Program-made: the position numbers and the translations under genes
Shown: positions 1 through 13,400 of the stretch, in pieces
Layout: every line of letters begins with the position of its first letter
Position numbering within the stretch: position 1 is the first letter of the stretch
Source of the DNA: Eutreptiella sp. 'Long Island Sound 2002'
Lineage: Eukaryota; Protista; Euglenida
DNA: 64,000 nucleotides
Reading direction: 5' to 3'
Assembly (NCBI GenBank): GCA_964036045.1
Contig: OZ038379.1
Coordinates: forward strand, 12,090,001-12,154,000
The notes under the pieces: generated by a model
The model's database searches: none
Seen by the model: the letters and a program-made list of their open reading frames with translations, nothing else
Told to the model about the DNA's origin: nothing

Positions 1-1236
1 CAGTCAGCGGAAGTTATGGCAATTGAAGGGGCACTGAAAGTGGCTGCCTGTATGAAGCTCCCAGCAATCTATGTGGGGGCGGATAACTTAGCAGCAATCG
101 GGTCCGCCATTCGGCTCTTGGGGGTGGTGGCAACACATACAGGGGCCGAGTCTTTCGGCGCCTGGCACACACCCTGAGGTGGGGAAAGGTCCAGGTGAAG
201 CTGAGCTAGGTCCCTTCAAAGCTCAACCCCGCTGATCACCCTTCTTGCTTGTTTGAATTTCCTTCCCCCACCCTGATGAGTGCTGTCAAAGCAAGAGAGG
301 TCCCAGCTTCTGTTCATGGGTTGGGCTGGGGCAGGGGTTTGACAGGGTGAAAGGGCTGGGACCGGGCTGTGGAATACCGGCCCTGACGTAGCATTGTTTA
401 AATGGATGGCCGGTGCCTGCATGCGATGTGGGGTGCACAAGAACAATGGTAAACCGATGTTAGTGCAACAAACATAAGTTTAACCCACACATGGTGTCTT
501 ATGGTCTGCCCTAGACTCACTGAGTTTTTGACCCACCCACCCACCCACCTGGCACCCCATCCACCCACCCACCTCGTACCTTTCTGGCACTCCTAATACA
601 GTTTAGGGCTGAAAGACCAGCCAAAGGGGGGGGGAGGAGGGAAAATAAGACGGGCCATTTACATGAAATCGGATGGATCTACGGAACTGTTCTGGAAACA
701 CAGGCCCAGTACATGTTTGAAATGATTTTCTGATTCACCTGATTGGCTAAGTTGTTGCTCTGCGTGCGCACTGCGTGGGCACTGCGTGCACCTGCCGGGA
801 GACTCACCCAAGATCACCTGCCACCTGTCTGCTAGCACAGCAAAGCAACAAAGCCCATAAGATAACAACCAACACATGAGGGGGCACATGGGGCCAAGGG
901 CCATATGAGGGGTAGCGAACTTGGCGCCGAATACAAAACTGGGTGAGGTACAACAAGATGCAAATAGATTTGTGAAGGGTAGTCCCATCGCCCCTCCAAA
1001 TATTGCGATAGCCGTCGTACCCACGGGATCTTAACAGCGATGTACACCACAGAAACGAGCGTTGGGTCCAACAGTATCGCAGCCCAACGACAAGTTTCGC
1101 CCCACACCACCCCATCTCCTGCCGGGGCTGAGCTTCGAGGGCGGGATCTTCAAAGAGCAACAAACGACATTTCTTACGCGCCTCGTCTTGCCCAATCTAG
1201 CGAGGATGTTCAATGGACAGCAACAAACGACATTTC

Positions 1237-1800
1237 TTACTCAAGAGTATCACGGATCAGGCCCAAAATCCCTAGACGAGGGGCCCCCGGGGTAGGAAAT
1301 GTGTGTGCTTGGGTTGGGGTGGGCCAAAAGGCTGAATCTCCGCCCCGCGCACGCGCCGTGCGCGTGCCGCGCGCGTGCCGCGTCAAGTGCTTCCCCAAGG
1401 GGCCAAAACTAGGGTTCGAGTATTTGCCGACATACAAAACTTTGCACTGCGTGCGCACTGCGTGCATGGCATTCCCATTACAGGTCGTGAACGGGTATCC
1501 TAATTGGGACAGGGAGGGCAGCCTATCAAGGAGGGGTTGAACCAAGAGGGAGTTCAGGGCCCTCAAGTCAGCAATCAAGGCCCCTTTGGACGCATGTTTG
1601 GGCTTTGCAAAAGCTCTAAAGGATGAGGGGCCACCATCAGGGTCTGGGCCAATCACGCCATCTTGGCACATACGCGCGGCCAATGCCGCCAGTCCTACAT
1701 CGCTAGTTTCACCCTGATCAGGCAAATACCACAGGGCCCAGTCTAGACAAAGGGGGGGCATGCTTATTCCAAATATGTGTCGAGACACATTGGGCCTCAC
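1237..1800 (-). mobile_element. Relic reverse transcriptase, DIRS/Ngaro- or LTR-type N-terminal RT region
   Basis: LAARMCQDGVIGP...FRAFAKPKHASKGALIADLRALNSLL..RLPSL matches the G.I.P...F.vpK...Rli.DLR.LN pattern. Downstream RT motifs are not recognisable. Confidence 0.6.
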
Positions 1801-3229
1801 AGTACCCCACCCCCCTCGAAATCCCCCCCCCCTAGCGCGCGACGGTCTCCCGGGAGAGGGGGGGGGAGACAGTCGTCAAGTGATGGTCTCCCAGGTCAAG
1901 GCAAAGTGTGGCGTCCTCCAATGATGCAAGCAAACAGATCACAAGTGGACGGACATCCTCAGCAAAAGTGGGAGACCGGGGACGTTTTGGGGGGCGGATT
2001 CCTCCACATCTCGTCCAATGGTTTGGTTGATGTGGACCTTGTCACACCCTTGGTAGTATGGGGTAGTGTTCAGGCTGTGTGCGTGTTTGGGGTTCTGAAG
2101 CAATCCTAACGTCAGGTGACTCTGGAGACTTGGATGATACAACCACCACAACCTCTAGCCTTGAGAGTTGAGCGTTCTCATGATCCGTTTCAGCACTTTT
2201 GGAGAGAGAATATCACAGAACATGCACAGGTGATTGGTTTGAAGTAATGGAAAACCAATGCAAGGCCGTGTGTGACAGATGGGCAACACAAACCGCCGTA
2301 ATAGATGTTTAGTAGAAAATTGAAGTGACGGTCCCCCCGGGGGCGGGGGGGTTTGCAAGGGGGTGGGTGATTTCAAACGGTGGGGGGGGGGGGGGTATGC
2401 TGATCACCACCCACACACACCTGTAGCCATGTAGCCAGCGACACTTGTGTTCCATCAGTAACATGGTGCTCGCAGTTCTGCCATGGAGGGTATCAAGGTG
2501 ACCACAGGGGAATAACAACAGACACTACGCAATCCATGCTATCCCTTTGCCCCTGCTATTAATGGCGCCATGTTTGTCTAGGTTGGCGTGGGGGCGGGGG
2601 GGGGGGGGGGCATTGGCAATTCAGGCTTGGTTGGTGGGGGTTTACTTGGGAGGGGATGGCCTACAGAGGAGCATATGGCAGCCACACACTAATCACGAAA
2701 CAAGAACCAAATAGCAAACAGGCTGCATGGCACCTGTGTACCTGAAGACAACCTCCTCCTTCCAATAGCCAACAAGCTGATGGCAGACCTGAGGGCTCAG
2801 CATGCAAGCAGCGAAAGGCCATTGGGAAACCCGCCCCAAATCATGAGCCCTGCCACGTGCAACAAGATACCAGGCTGCTTGGAAGTCAAGAGATGCATCC
2901 ATTCGCTCTTGTCCTCCTGAAGCACAAGTTGTCTATGCATGGTGTCTTGCCTCAGCAGCCCGTCTCTGCAGAGTTACAGCTGAAAAAGCAGACAACCGAA
3001 GGAGACCTTCAAGAACACAAGCCAGCAGGGGGTTCATAGTGTGCACTCGCGTGACTGGGTGTGCGGTTGTTTGGGCATGCACCGAAGTTATCAAAACGGT
3101 TCCGGTGTTGCATGAACTGTGAACTGGGCAACAACGTAGTGCAGAATGCCACACGCCCCCCCTAGTTTGATTGATTCCATAGGAATATTTAATCCAGAAG
3201 GCAAATCAGTTGCGTTGGCAGCAGGTGGT

Positions 3230-3910
3230 CTCTGGGAGTGTCAGGGTTGTCCAAGGCACCCAAGGCAAGGAAAATGGACCCTTTTCCGTACATGCCTCTG
3301 TGTGACCATGCCTTGAAACACACTTCAAGGGGCCTTGACAGCCGGGAACATTTTCTGAGCATGCCTGCACACTTTGATCTGTAGGTTGAGGTGTGCAGAC
3401 ACCCTAAAATTGCTGTGAAGGTGTGCTGACTCTGTACAACATGTTTCAGGGGGCCTTGACAACCTGAAGACGCATTTGAGGGTGCCAAGACACTTCACTT
3501 TGCACGTTGAGGTGTCCACACAACCTCAAGTTGCTGTTGGGGGACTGATGGCACATGGTAACATGCTTCAGGGGGCTGTGACAGCCTGAAAATGTATTTC
3601 ACCATGCCGGGATTTCCAAGCTGTATTTGCATCTCCACGTGTGCTGACCCTCAAGAATTGCCATGTGGTGTGTGACCACGTATTTGTCAGCCTTGTCACC
3701 CAGGAATGGTTTCTGGGCATGCCGGGACACTTCAATTTGCATGTTGAGGTGTACCGACACCCTCCAGGTGCTTACAGGAGTGTTACACCAATTTGCAACA
3801 TGTTTCAGGTAGGCCCTAACAGCCTGAAAATGCACTTGAGCCTTCCAGGACATTTCAAGTTGCATGTTGAGGTGTCCTGACGCCCTCCAGGTGCTGACGA
3901 GGGTGTGATG
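3230..3910. repeat. Degenerate ~120-bp tandem repeat
   Basis: GTTGAGGTGT core at ~3385, 3506, 3743 and 3866, with ACATGTTTCAGG and CAGCCTGAAAATG recurring at ~120-bp spacing. Confidence 0.75.
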
Positions 3911-6900
3911 ACAGTTGACAACCAAGGATGCTTGGGTGCATGCCTCCTTCCAAGGAGCATGGACGGTCACAGACCTGCAAGACATGGATCATTCCATTTC
4001 ACATACACAATAGCTGGGCCAACACACTCCAAAATGGTGCAACCTTGGATGGGTCATGATCAAATCCAGAGTAGTCAGGATGGAGGGAGTCACTTGGATG
4101 AAAAACAGGCAACAAATTTGTTTTGGAGTCTGCCAATTTGAAAGCCTGTGGAACGGTGCCCCAGTGTCCGTATGGATGCAAGGTACAAGAAAGCAGGGGT
4201 CACGGTTACAGTATGCACACAAGGCAACATCTGGCGGATTTTGCCTCGCTTCAAACAGCAGGCACCAGAGGGGAAGCGGGTTCCATAAAGGCTGGTTGGT
4301 CACTGTGTCGTACAACTGATGCCCAGTGCCATGTCCTTTGAGCGCTGCTGTTGTTGATCAAAGGGCGGGGGGGTGCCTGGCGCACCCCCGTTGCGCGCCC
4401 GCCGCGCTACTTTTGTATTAACTATCCCGACTGTAACCCCGGATTTACCCTCCCCTAGAGGAGCCCCCCAAGTGGACCAGAGTGGACAGCAAACCTTTCC
4501 TACAAAGCAGGGGAGGGGGGATGGTGCTACAAGTATCGACAATGGCAATGGTACACTGCAACAATGCTGTGTGGGTGGGTGCCCATGCCAATCGTACACC
4601 GTGAAAACTGGCTACTGGTGGTGGAAAACAGCCGACTTTCCGCACGGTGCGCCTCCAATGACACTATTGGGGAAAGCATGCATCCGGGTGCCCCAGGGCC
4701 AGAAAACTTCAAAGCACACAGTTCGGGGGTACAGGTTAGCTAAAGTACAGTCTAAGGGGTTTAACTTTGGTCTTGTGGATGGGAGTGGAACGTTGGCCCC
4801 ACTGCTCACCAGTGCAGCATCCTGCCCCAATGGCATCCGCTCCCATCATGCAGCGCCGGCAGGCTTCACATGCAGTCATTCCCAAACTGTCAGCTTGAAG
4901 ATCATCTCAAGTCATCTGGAGGATGCTCTCCACCAGAAACGCTGCAGGAAAAGTAACATATTTGGGGGGGGGGGGGGGGTTGGATCGGGTGTACCGTTCA
5001 AACATATATGAGGAAATGCCGGAAATGGAGGTCAGTGGCAGGGTCAGTGGCAGTGTTTGCAAAGGGGAAGCCGCATTGAAGAGGGATGAGGAAGAGGGGA
5101 AGGCAGATATTATGGTCCCCAACTCTGCCGCATGCAGTGCCCTGGGACCTGATACCAACGTCATACGGGCAGCACGATAACGGTGCATGTCTCATGTGAG
5201 GGAAGACGTGGCACGTCCCATCAAAGGAGGGGGGGGCGTCAGTTGGGGCCCTGACAACCGACCCACCCACCTACACCAGAAAAAAAATCCTCAGGAAAAG
5301 ATGAAGGGGAGATTTATCAAAGGGGCCCGAAATTTGGAGGCCAGTTTTAGGTGCACAAGGTTGTTGTTGGCCTCTGACCCACCCACCCAGCCCGCCCTCC
5401 CCTTTTCTGCCACCATGCAATGGCCTGAATGCAGTGTGTGTGGAATGCAGGGCTGTTGATTGGGGGATGTTGGCCCTGCGCACACATGCGTTGCAAGTGT
5501 CCCCACGCTGAGTCCCCAAGCGTGCTCCCCTCAAAGAAGCCTCTCAACGGACCAGAAAATGGTGCCCTGAGCATCTGAGCATGGATAGAGGCAGGGCACT
5601 TGCACAGTCCCCCCGCAATGCGCGATGGTGTCCCCGACCCCCGGAGGAAACTGTCACCAAACGGTGTGCCAGCGCCGGCACCGTGGTTGTAAATGCTTAC
5701 TGGGGATGCGTGGAGGCTTCTGGAGGCTGGCTGAGGATTCCTAGACCGCAAAGTGCGCAACCGACCGTGTCTCAGTCCGCCCGAGGGGAGTATTATCCAA
5801 GGGGCAGAGGGCACTTCACTCGTCCTCAGATGATGGCAAACGCGCGGCTGGGGGGAGTTGACGGCACGATCCTTGGGTAGAAGGGGAGGGGGGGGGGGGG
5901 GGGGTCGGTGGGGGGGGCTCCGAATCCCAAATACGCCTTCCGGGACTTGGACTGGGGTGCACTGCATCCACACTGCCAAGATCGCCGGCGTCCGGTGACA
6001 GACTGCACCGGAATGGAACTGCCGTCGGGGGTTGCAGGGAGGGGGCAACGGGCCAGTGATCAAAGGAGCACGGACGTGGCACGGGGTCGGGTCGTGCTGA
6101 ACGGTAAGGGAATAACACTGTCATCTTCCTCGTCCACCACAGAGATATAAGAGGTAGCACCAGGGCCAAATACTCTCCCTGGCTGCCCGCAAGGCAACGT
6201 TCCCTTGCTAAGGCAAGAATAAATAAAATACGCACCAGCGTGCGGTACGCTGGACCCACAGCAGGCGTCCTCACGTGGGGGACCATCCACTGCCGTCGGT
6301 GGCGAGCCTACTGCGGTCAGCTGACCGCTATCCTACCGCCAGAACCAGAGACAGCAATTCAGGCTGGGCTCTCCCGAGGAGCTTGCCACACCACGGCATT
6401 GACCGTGCAAAGTGAAACGCCTGTGGTATAGCGGTTGTGGAGTAGGTGTGCGGATGAAGACGAGTCAGAGGGGCAACGAGGGCGGTCAGCTGAACAGGAG
6501 GGCCCAGGTCGTCCGCATGTGGCGTGCACGGTTCGCATGGTTGTGTTGTGGCGGTTCATGGCGGCAGTGGTTTGGGAAGCCGAACACACTGGTGTAGGTG
6601 GGTGGTTGGGTGGGGGGCTGGGTGGGTGGGTGTACTTGTGTCTGCATTTGGGGAAGAGACAATACAGGTGGCTTGGCAGTGCAGTGTGGCAATGAGTTTC
6701 AGACCGTTATTAGGAGGCAATGAGGGAATATGACAACTCGGGCTCCACGCCGATTGTCAGAGGTATAACACCCGCACCAGCACTGGGACACCAATAAGCA
6801 CCAGCATCTGCAGGCAGCACCGGTGGCATCACCAGCATCGCCGCAGTACAAGCGGCACCAGAACGACAGCCAGCACTAGCCACAGTAACAGCGCTTGTAC

Positions 6901-7478
6901 CAGCGCAAAAAGATTCCAAAAAGAAAAAAAGAAAAACTGCCCAAAAATGCCTCAACTCCGACCCGTTGCCGAAGTTTTACCACCAGCACCAAACTACGCG
7001 CCAGGATACAAAATGGGCCAGGGGCCTAAATACTAAACAAACATGCGGCAAATTGCACACCGAGGCGCTGGTGCTGCGTGTGATCACAACACATGCAGGC
7101 AGTTCAATAATTTGCCCCGGAAGCAGCGCAGGCAACAGGCTTGCGGCCCTCTGCAGCGCCGTGCAGAAGGAGCAGCAGCAGCAAGGAAACCGTATGGCAG
7201 TGGCAGGAAGTGCGGATCGTGTGCGCAGTCCAACCACCTCCCCCGGAGTGCCCTGGATGGGACCGTATCGGACCCCAGGAGGCATCACATGAGCTCACAG
7301 TGACTTCACAACAAAAGCATGGGTACAGGAAATGGCGTGTCAGCGCGTCAGGCAGGTCAGACATGATTCGAAGGAGGTGGCCCTACTGAGTCACACACGG
7401 GACTCAGCTGGTTCCTGCTGAGTTCCGCGTGCGACGGGGCGTATCCGTACCAAGTTTGATTGAGTGTCAGTCACTCCG

Positions 7479-10400
7479 TCAGACATCCGCGGTGCCCAAG
7501 GAGTACACAAAATACCCGCCAACTCCCGAATTGAGGGCCCCAAACACGAGCAACAGGACGATCCAGGCCATGCTCGAATCGCATTTCCCGTCGGAGCCGC
7601 CCGTTTCCGAGAACGAGCGCCGCAGGAACGCGTCGTTGGACCCGTCCGAGTCCGAGTCGCTGAACACCATGTGTCCGAAGGTGGGGCAGTTGAGGTCGTC
7701 CACGACCGGGGGCAGTTGCACGACCGAGCGACTGACACTGCGGCTGAACGTGCGGACCAGGAGCCGGGAGTCCTTGGGGGCGGGCTGGCAGGTCAGAAGG
7801 GGCCACAATGCGATCAGGGCGGCGACGGACATCGGCACGATGGCCAGCAGCCAAACTGCCTCTGAGAGGGACAGGGGACGCAGGGAAGTATTGGAACTTT
7901 GGGGGGGGGGGGGTGACCTAATTAAAATACAGACAAATGCAAACCAGAGGTAATGCACTCCACAGTCAGGCATAAGTGCATCTTTATTCTCTATGCCAAA
8001 CCTGGTTGAACCTCAACACACACACTGTGTCTGAAACAGAAAACAGAACATCATGTCTGACTACATTAGTCAGACAATCACAGTCAGTAGCTGTCAGTCA
8101 GACATCAGCAATCAGTGTCGGATAAAGACACCATGCAACTTTGGGGGGGGGGGGGGGGAGGTCTGGGACCCAAAAACTTGTGTGCCAAAAGTGGCCCGAC
8201 CAGAATTTCCCAATTGTAGATTTCGTTTTTTCCCACTGCGGTCACTTTGGTCTGGGGGCGGTGGGGGGGGTTTCAGGGGGAAAGGGTACCCCACCTCCTC
8301 CTGCGGTGTACGGCCATTCTAATACTTCCCTTGGGGGGGGGGCGGGGGGGGGGCACGTGGTCGCCTGCTCCCCCACCGTACAAGCCCCGGTCCTGCAACC
8401 GCATGCAGGCGTGCATGCACGGCTGTGATCTTAGACAGTGAGTGCGCAAAGAGGCTCACACAGCGGAAAGAAACGAATCCGGCTGCCGAGAGAGCCCCCT
8501 TGCTAGACCAACGCCCCACTGAAGGGGGCTGAAGGAGGCCGGCACCCAATTAGCCCTTTTGTCATCGGTTTTTGGACCCAATAAACTCCAAAGAAATGTT
8601 GGCAACCGAACCATGTTTGCTATTATTTCGATCAAAATCAAACCCGGCGGGTATTGCTGCACTAAGCGTGGTCACACAAAGTGGACATGCACACAAAGGA
8701 GGAAAACATCCGCCAGTGTGGTCACACACAGCGGGAAAGTATGACAAGTGTGGCAACACACAGTGGAAATATATGCACAACGGCGGTCACACACAGCGGG
8801 ATTGTCAGCACAAGGGGGGTGGCACACGGAGGGAATACACGCGCTGGCGTGGTCACACACAGTTGGGATGCATGCACAACTGTGGGGCACGCACAGAGGT
8901 AATCGCACACCGTGGGACTGCATGCACAGGTGTGGCCAACCACAGTGGTCATGTATGACAACTGGGTTGCAGGTACACACGGTGCGAACCTAGGCACAAG
9001 TGTGGTCACACAGTGGACATATCCAGCCCTACCTCCATGTGCAGCATTTCTGCATATACTGCCTCATTGGGCCCGCACTAAACAACCCAGGAAGGGCATG
9101 GTGATTTATTCGGCCTTCAATTTCTTTTTTGCGGACATACCCCATACGCGTATATGCGTGGGGCAGGGGAAACTTAAGAGGCGGGGGCTGTCGTGCTGCA
9201 GCACTGCAGTGGAAAGAAAAAATTGGTAGGAATCCTAAAACGGAAGGAGCGTTTATAGGACACATCCCGCAAGCTGATGCCCATTTGCCTCCCATGCGCA
9301 TCCAAAGCCCATTCTTGCCCTTCAAAACCCTGTGCAACCCCTTCGGAACACAACACGTGTTGTTAGGTTAGGGTTGGGGTTAGTTTGGTGCAAACCAGGC
9401 GCACGGGCGGAGGGGAGGGGGGGGGGGGGGGGGTCGCGCGCACAAGGCGCGCGATGCCACCGAAACACTCGGCTGCAGGTGATACAAACGGCATGAGCAG
9501 GCTACAAGGGCTGGAGATGACCCACCCACCTACCCATCCACCCACCCCCGGGTGGGGGGGCGGGGGGGTTCAGAAACCTTTGCTTGGTTGGCCCACACTG
9601 CCTGTAGTTCGGAGGAAGGTCGCCACTCTTCGGGACACTTGGTGGTTCCCTATACCCCACGATGAACGAAAAAAAGGTGGATCATGACACCCCTTGATAT
9701 TCCACCCACCTGGAAGTGAATCAAGGACCTTCCATCCTAAGGCCATGCTGTCAACCATTCAACTACCTTCCTTAGCTGACAAATCCTGTGCAATGGGCGC
9801 CTCGTTGGGTGAACACCATGTTAAAATTTTCAATGCCCCTGAGTCTCAAGGCTCGCAAACCCAGCACCGAAGAAAATCCCACCCCTCCCCCCCCCGGGGG
9901 GGGGGGGTAGCCAACCACCAAGGCCTTGTGCCAAACCCTCCCCAGGGGGGGGGGGGGCATGCCTTCCAAAAACCACTGAAAAAGGCCTTGGCCCCACCCA
10001 CCCAACCCCCGGGGTAGGGTGTCCGACACACCAAGCAATAGCCTGGCCATGAGTTGTCTTGGTGTGCATGCAATATTCTGTTCTGTTCTCCGAAGAGGAG
10101 AGCCGGTGTGAAGTCATGCAGTTTTTTGGATTATCTGTGGCTTGACCGAGAATCTTGTAACCGCGCTGTAGAGCTTTTTTGGTGCATTTTGATTCCTCCG
10201 TTGTTGGAACGCTTTTTTAGAGCCCCTTTGATGAAACACGGAAGCATCCCCGTTACAGAGAACCGGCCCCTCGGTTTCCATTCGCGACCCCACCCCCCTG
10301 CTGTCAGCCATAGGCCCATGCCCATGCCCCTGATCACTGTCCATGCCCACGCCCCTGGCCCCCTCAACGCCCCTCCAAGGCTCCTAGGTACCCGAATCCG

Positions 10401-13400
10401 GAGTCACCAAGTCCCCAAAGATGCCTTTGAAAAATGGGAAAGATGGGGGAAATGGGGAAAGATGGGGGAAATGGGGGGAAATGGGGGGAAATGGGGGGAA
10501 CTGGGGGGAAATGGGGGGAAATGGAGGATCAACATAGTGTCACGATAGAAATTGTATGAACAATCTGGCAGAACAATGGCGAAAAACAGGGGGGGCAATG
10601 GAACAAAAATGCGACGACATAACCATGTTCCCCCATCCCATTTCCCCCATTTTTCCGGAGGCTGCAGACCTTCCGATTAGTTCCCTCTACAAAACTAAGT
10701 ATCCGGTACCCGGATGGAAAAATGGATGGAATGGAAAGTATCCATGGGTATCCGAACACTCCGGTACCTGGGAGGCTTGCCCTCCCTGTAGTTCAAGGCA
10801 ATGATGGGCATGCACTGAGACTCACAGAGGGGCCCATACGCGGCGCATCGGGATAGGTCCAGTCAAAGGTGTTGCCAAAAATCACCGGAGCCCCAAAGGT
10901 GACCAACGACGACACACTGGCCAGCGCCCCTTGCACGGCCCCCTCCTGCAAACACAGATGAGACCCACATGGGATGCAGACTGCCGGTGTTGAGAGGTGC
11001 CCAGGAAGAGGGTAGGGCAGCATTCAGTGAGTGCAGAAGGGGGGGCAGGATTCGGCAAGGGCCACAGCCCTAGCGCCCTCGTTTGGGGGGGGGGGGGGAG
11101 GGGTGGATAAAGGCGATTTGGGAACAGTGTAGTACAACCGGTGTCCTGTGGACGACGGATGCTTGGCTGCTTGGCACTGCTTCATTTCCATTGGCGGGGG
11201 GGGGGGGGGGGCAGAGCCCCACCGACCCGACGCCCCCCTCCTCCCCCAAAAAATTCTCAGCCATTTTTGACCGCGAAAAATTTGGTCACCTTTGGCGCCG
11301 GATTTAATTGTGAATGAATACTGGTCTCGGCAATGAGTCCTCAGCCGCCATCCTTCATCTTTGCCAGCTCCATTGACACACACACACCCCTCCACCCTCC
11401 ATTGAAACGCCGCCTTTCCCTGCGACAGCCTCTGCTCTGCCCTCACTCGGGGCTGCACACAAGGGCATCCCCTGCCTCCCCGCTGCCTTTGCTTGTGCAT
11501 TGCTTTCACCCTTGCTCCTGCCCCTTCTGCCAAACTGGTTGTGGGTGGGGGCAGGCCAAGGCTGTATTAGAAGAGAGTTGTGGGGGGGGGGGGGGGGGTC
11601 TGGAACCCAAAATTTTGTGACCAAAAAATGGCCCAAATCAATTTTTCCTCCAGCAATTCTCATTTTTTGTCCTGAAACAATCTGGGTCTGGGGGGGGGGG
11701 GTCTGATGGCCGTTCTAATATGCCCTTGGGGCAGGCAGGCATGGGTGCTACAGGCAGCAGCTGAATGTGTAAATGAAACCAGGACCACATGTCGGGGCCG
11801 GAGGGAAGGGCGGGTGGGGGGGGTTGCTTGTTCGGTCGTCCGTGTGCCTATGTGCCCGGGTCCTTAGTATGTGTGCCTCCTGCGGTGTGGTGTGGTACGG
11901 TGTGGTGTGGTGTGGGGTGGTGTGGTGTGCCGAAGGCGCTGTTACCATAAGGCAATGGCCGGGATACCTTGCATACGGGTAATGCAAAACGGGGGGGCTG
12001 TGTGTCTGAATGCACGTTGTGTGCCATGTGTTGCGCACCCATGGTGGGGAGGACGGCTATCCCCATGTACGGTGGCCTTGATGAGGAGTCTCGTGCACTG
12101 GCATGGGCTAGCCAGACCTTCTGTGACTCTGTCGGCACCTGTTGGATAAACTCCGTTCCCATATCGTGCAGTCCGCGAGCCCCATATGCACTATCCGAAG
12201 GGATGGTGTTGCGATGGCCGCTGACCACTACTCGAGTACCGCAGTGTCCCCTAATTGGCTTTGCACTTGCGACGCCCTAGGCCCCACGTAGATGCTCAGC
12301 CACGTGTCCAAGCGCTTTCGGGCCGGCCGCCATTCATGGGGTTGCACCGGGCACTCCCACAGGTGTCGGGCTGTCTCCGGGCTGCTTCCACACAGCAGGC
12401 ATTGCGTGCATAGCTGCACGTTTCAGTGCGCGGAGCGCTCCACCAACACCATTATGGTAGGGAGATTACGCATCCGATGGGCCACTAGGTGCCTGGTCAA
12501 TGGTGAACCTGTCTAGAGGCAGACCGAGGCCTTTCCAGTAGTTTTGTCCCCGGGGGTGCTTGTCGTGTACCTGAGTGGGGATCATGGTGTGGTGCGGTGT
12601 GGTGGTGGTGTGGAGTGGTTTGGTGTGGTGTTCGGTGGCCATGCTCATGTCGAGATTGTGGGTGTGCCTGTACCTGCAGCCGTGTGCCTTTTGCGTTGCC
12701 CGCACTCCTATCAGGTCCGCGCTCCTATCCGCTCACTTTGGTGCGCGGTGAGCCCACCATGTCCTCATGTCATGGCCGGGGTGTCTGTGTGTGTGCAGGT
12801 GTGTTGCGCAGTGGCCCATCGGTGCAGGGGGTCCGTGCTCATGTCGAGCGCCCCTGGCTGTGTCTGAGCCCTTGCTTACACTCGGGTACTACTCTATACA
12901 AACCCCTCCAAAGAGGGGGGCTGGCTGCCGGGTTTGCCACCAAAGACCCGACCATCCGGTACTTTGGCCCTGAGGGCACCAAAGCTGCGCACAAAAGCGG
13001 GGGTTGCAGTGGGAGAGGAGCGGTTGTGTTGGACATTTCATTCCGGTCCGGAGGCATCCCGGTCCAGGTGTACCACTTTCTGATGCATTCTGTGTGCGTG
13101 GGCATGGGCGCACACGCGCGCACGCGCATGTGTGCCTCCATACTCACTCATTTTCTTCGATTTGGTTCAACAAAGCCATTGTCCTTCGCATCCTGTCCCA
13201 CATGCAGAACAAGGGGGGGAGGGGGGTCCTGCCATTTATAAATGTAAATTTGAAGGCACCCCAATCTCGTATCCCGCCTCTCTCCCCGGACCCTTGACCG
13301 TTTTTCACCACCGCCGTACGTCGAGACACGGCACAAATGTGATTTCCTGACGGAAATTTCATGGCACATATGACACAAACCGAGGGGAACACTATGGCCC

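Noticed and set aside
6710-6955. 81-aa ORF with a signal-peptide-like start
   Set aside because: The hydrophobic start derives from an A-rich tract read on the opposite strand; there is no other support.
9363-9390. TTAGGG telomere-like motifs (also ~41305)
   Set aside because: Only one or two degenerate units, not an array.
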